From the NCBI RefSeq assembly GCF_018977255.1, contig NW_024704743.1:45758001-45822000 (forward strand): 64,000 bases of DNA. The letters are read 5' to 3'. Positions within the stretch are counted from its first letter, which is position 1. Each line of letters opens with the position of its first letter. The translations under genes were made by a program, and so were the position numbers. A model generated the notes under the pieces. It was not told the origin of the DNA. It did not search any database and worked only from the letters and a program-made list of their open reading frames with translations. Shown here one piece after another: positions 61,568-64,000 of this stretch. Source of the stretch: Callorhinchus milii (lineage: Eukaryota).

Positions 61568-62514
61568 GCCTTTCTCGTGGGGAGTATGGCTCAAAGCGCT
61601 TCACAGGATATACTGAAAAAGTGGAGTGACTGTTTATTTAAATTGCACGATAAGTCACAACAACAACAAAATTGCATTTATATAGTACCTTTCACATCGG
61701 AAGCAAGTCCCAAGCTAGACATAGAAGATGGGAGCAGTGAGCAGATCCAAATGTTAAATGGGAAAATTGTGTTTCCGAAAGGATTTACCATACCTGGATG
61801 ATTGTTATCCTGGTCAGCAATCCTCAAGCCAAATTGGTCATTCTTCTCATGACTGTTTGGGGGACCCTACTGGAGCAATAGCTGCTGTATTTCCCAATAC
61901 GACAATCACTAGCTTATAATTACTGTGAAGCGCTCTGAGACATTTTGATGTGTTAAGGTGCTATAGAAACGTAAGTTATTTCTAAACTGAAACCAGATTG
62001 ACTAAGACCTATACCTACGTACACAGCTATAATGCAGGTCCTTCATGCTTCATGCAGGAGGCAAGCATGTATAGACAGTTATTGATAACACTGAATATTT
62101 ATGCAACAGAATCAGCAGTATTATAAGTTTTTTTTAACACAAGGTGTGATTCTGAAGAGGCTCTGGAAGAATGTGACTAATACTTCTGCTGAGAGGCAGA
62201 ACTGAAACAAGGAAAGGAGCATAACAGCTGCCAAACGTAGAAGTTAAGATGCTCCGTTTATGTTGCTGAGACTGTTTGTTCATACCAAGCTGAAGGCTCA
62301 TAGAAGATGTTAATCAGGTTCTGTTCTGTACTGCACTGAAACTTTTCTATTCAATCATCAGATAATTCTAAACATTGTACATCTGTAGACTTGTCTCAGT
62401 TGCCCCTAGACAAGAGCAAAACCCTCTTACATCAGCAACCAGCACATACTGTATATGGCATCTTCCATGGAGGATGAATGTCCATCAGAAATCTTGAGAG
62501 CTCTTAAAATCCAC

Positions 62515-62798
62515 TTGACTGGCTCGAGCCTCCTGCATACCCCTCGTGACTTGCATTCCACCACTGGTGGCCACACTTTCAGCCACTAGGCCCCGAAATT
62601 CTGGAACATTTCCTCTATCCTCCCTCCACCTTGACCCTTCCTTCGCGATCTTCAGGTCGTGCCTAAAGACATTCCTGTTCGACCGTGCCTACAGTCACAT
62701 CCCCGTCCCCCTGACTCGGCGTCATGCTCTTCCACTGTCCAGCACTCAGGTACACTACCTGCTTGAGGTGTGCTATATAAATGCAAGTAGTTGTTGTT
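62515..62798 (+). mobile_element. L2 3' fragment
   Basis: Encodes FRSCLKTFLFDRAY, followed by the tail GTGCTATATAAATGCAAGTAGTTGTTG. Confidence 0.8.
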
Positions 62799-62854
62799 GA
62801 AAAGAGAAAGTTGTTTCTCCTCATGTCCTGGCCAACAATCCTCCAGATAAACGA

Positions 62855-63165
62855 AATAATAATAATAATAATCCTTGCAATTGATATAGTGCTTTTCACT
62901 TGTTCTAGAGCTCTTCACAGAATATACTGTAAAGTGAATTGACCGTATATTTGTGGGCGAAACGCAGCAGCCAATTGCGCACAGCAGTGCCCCATAAACA
63001 GTCGTGGATTGAAAATCACCAATTTATTATTGTTTTGTTTTGGAGGGATTATTATTAGGCTTGTGGAGTAAGGAAACTTTCCCAAGGTTTCGCTCTGCCT
63101 GGAATTGAACCCAGGTGTCTCATTTGCAAGGCAAGTGCTCTAACCACTGAGCTACAGGACTCCAC
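62855..63165 (-). mobile_element. Young tRNA/Deu SINE, central-deletion subfamily
   Basis: Minus-strand head GTGGAGTCCTGTAGCTCAGTGGTTAGAGCACTTGCCTTGCAA and the junction CCACAAGCCTAATAATAATCCCTCC. Confidence 0.92.
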
Positions 63166-64000
63166 AAATCACTTAATTTACAGTAAAATCCTGTGAAGTG
63201 CTTTGAGAAGTTTTGATAATGTGATAAGATGCTGTACCACGTGTAAGGATTATTATTATTATACATGTAAGATACATGTAAGTAAACAGATAAGCAAATT
63301 CACTGTTCTCCTACATTTTGTATATGCAGATTTTATTTTTGAAAAAGGCTTGAAAATACAGCAGTGTGTTGGTGTGTATTATCCCAACTTTGCACCTCTT
63401 GGTTTACATGTGGGAGGAAGTGACTGCACAGAATGTGTATTGATGCTCTGGTTTTAGAAACTTGGTAAAGTTACTGTTTGACCACAGGTATCCTGTCTCT
63501 ATGGGAGGTGGGGGGGTTGATACACCTTTTCCAAGGTGTTTTTTGGTCAATGCTCAGGCTAAAAGTGCAATGTAGGCGAAGTGAGACCTTATCTGTGCAT
63601 ACATGCTGCCCACAACCAACAGAAAAAAACACAATGTGGCTTTAGCAAGCAAAACGCCCACATTCACTTTTTCAAATTATTCCCTTACACTGTGAGTGCG
63701 CATGTGCAAAATAAATAGTTGAGATTGGGTGGATTTTGCATAAATGATAGTATTCATAACTTTTGAATGTAATGCAAATAGTACAGCACATTATAAGGGT
63801 TCTGAGATAATGCCCTGCACGAAGGACCCTATATAAATGCAAGTTGTTGTTGTGTAGAAATTGGGAATATTCATTTTTAAAAGTTTTAACCTATTCAGAA
63901 ACACCAATTGTAAAATTGGATGGTATCATGGTAAGTGTACACAATGCAGCATTTGATGCTGATCCAGCATTTTTTGACGTATGAGAGATATAGCTGAACA

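Overview
Vertebrate non-coding DNA (intronic or intergenic) dominated by transposable elements. The repeat content points to a cartilaginous fish, probably a holocephalan such as Callorhinchus; this is an inference from remembered consensus sequences. I recognise no host protein-coding gene. The only ORFs with a recognisable product are decayed L2 LINE reverse-transcriptase pieces (YADD motif; 32098-33180 + and 56965-58274 -). The window holds many L2 and CR1 3' fragments and two Deu-domain tRNA-SINE families that share the L2 3' tail. It also has an AmnSINE2-like family, one LF-SINE-like copy, an internally deleted Tc1/mariner element, several MITE-like inverted-repeat elements, a 26-bp minisatellite and a 5' U2 snRNA fragment. 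The best leads are five: (1) a Penelope-type insertion with a perfect 15-bp target-site duplication (TSD) and a truncated minimal hammerhead ribozyme core; (2) L2 copies that repeatedly interrupt the 3' tail of their partner SINE; (3) two locally templated insertions; (4) a 43-bp-arm hairpin; (5) a candidate 9-nt microexon. I found no convincing new multi-gene system. Repeat boundaries were read by eye and family names need Dfam/Repbase confirmation.
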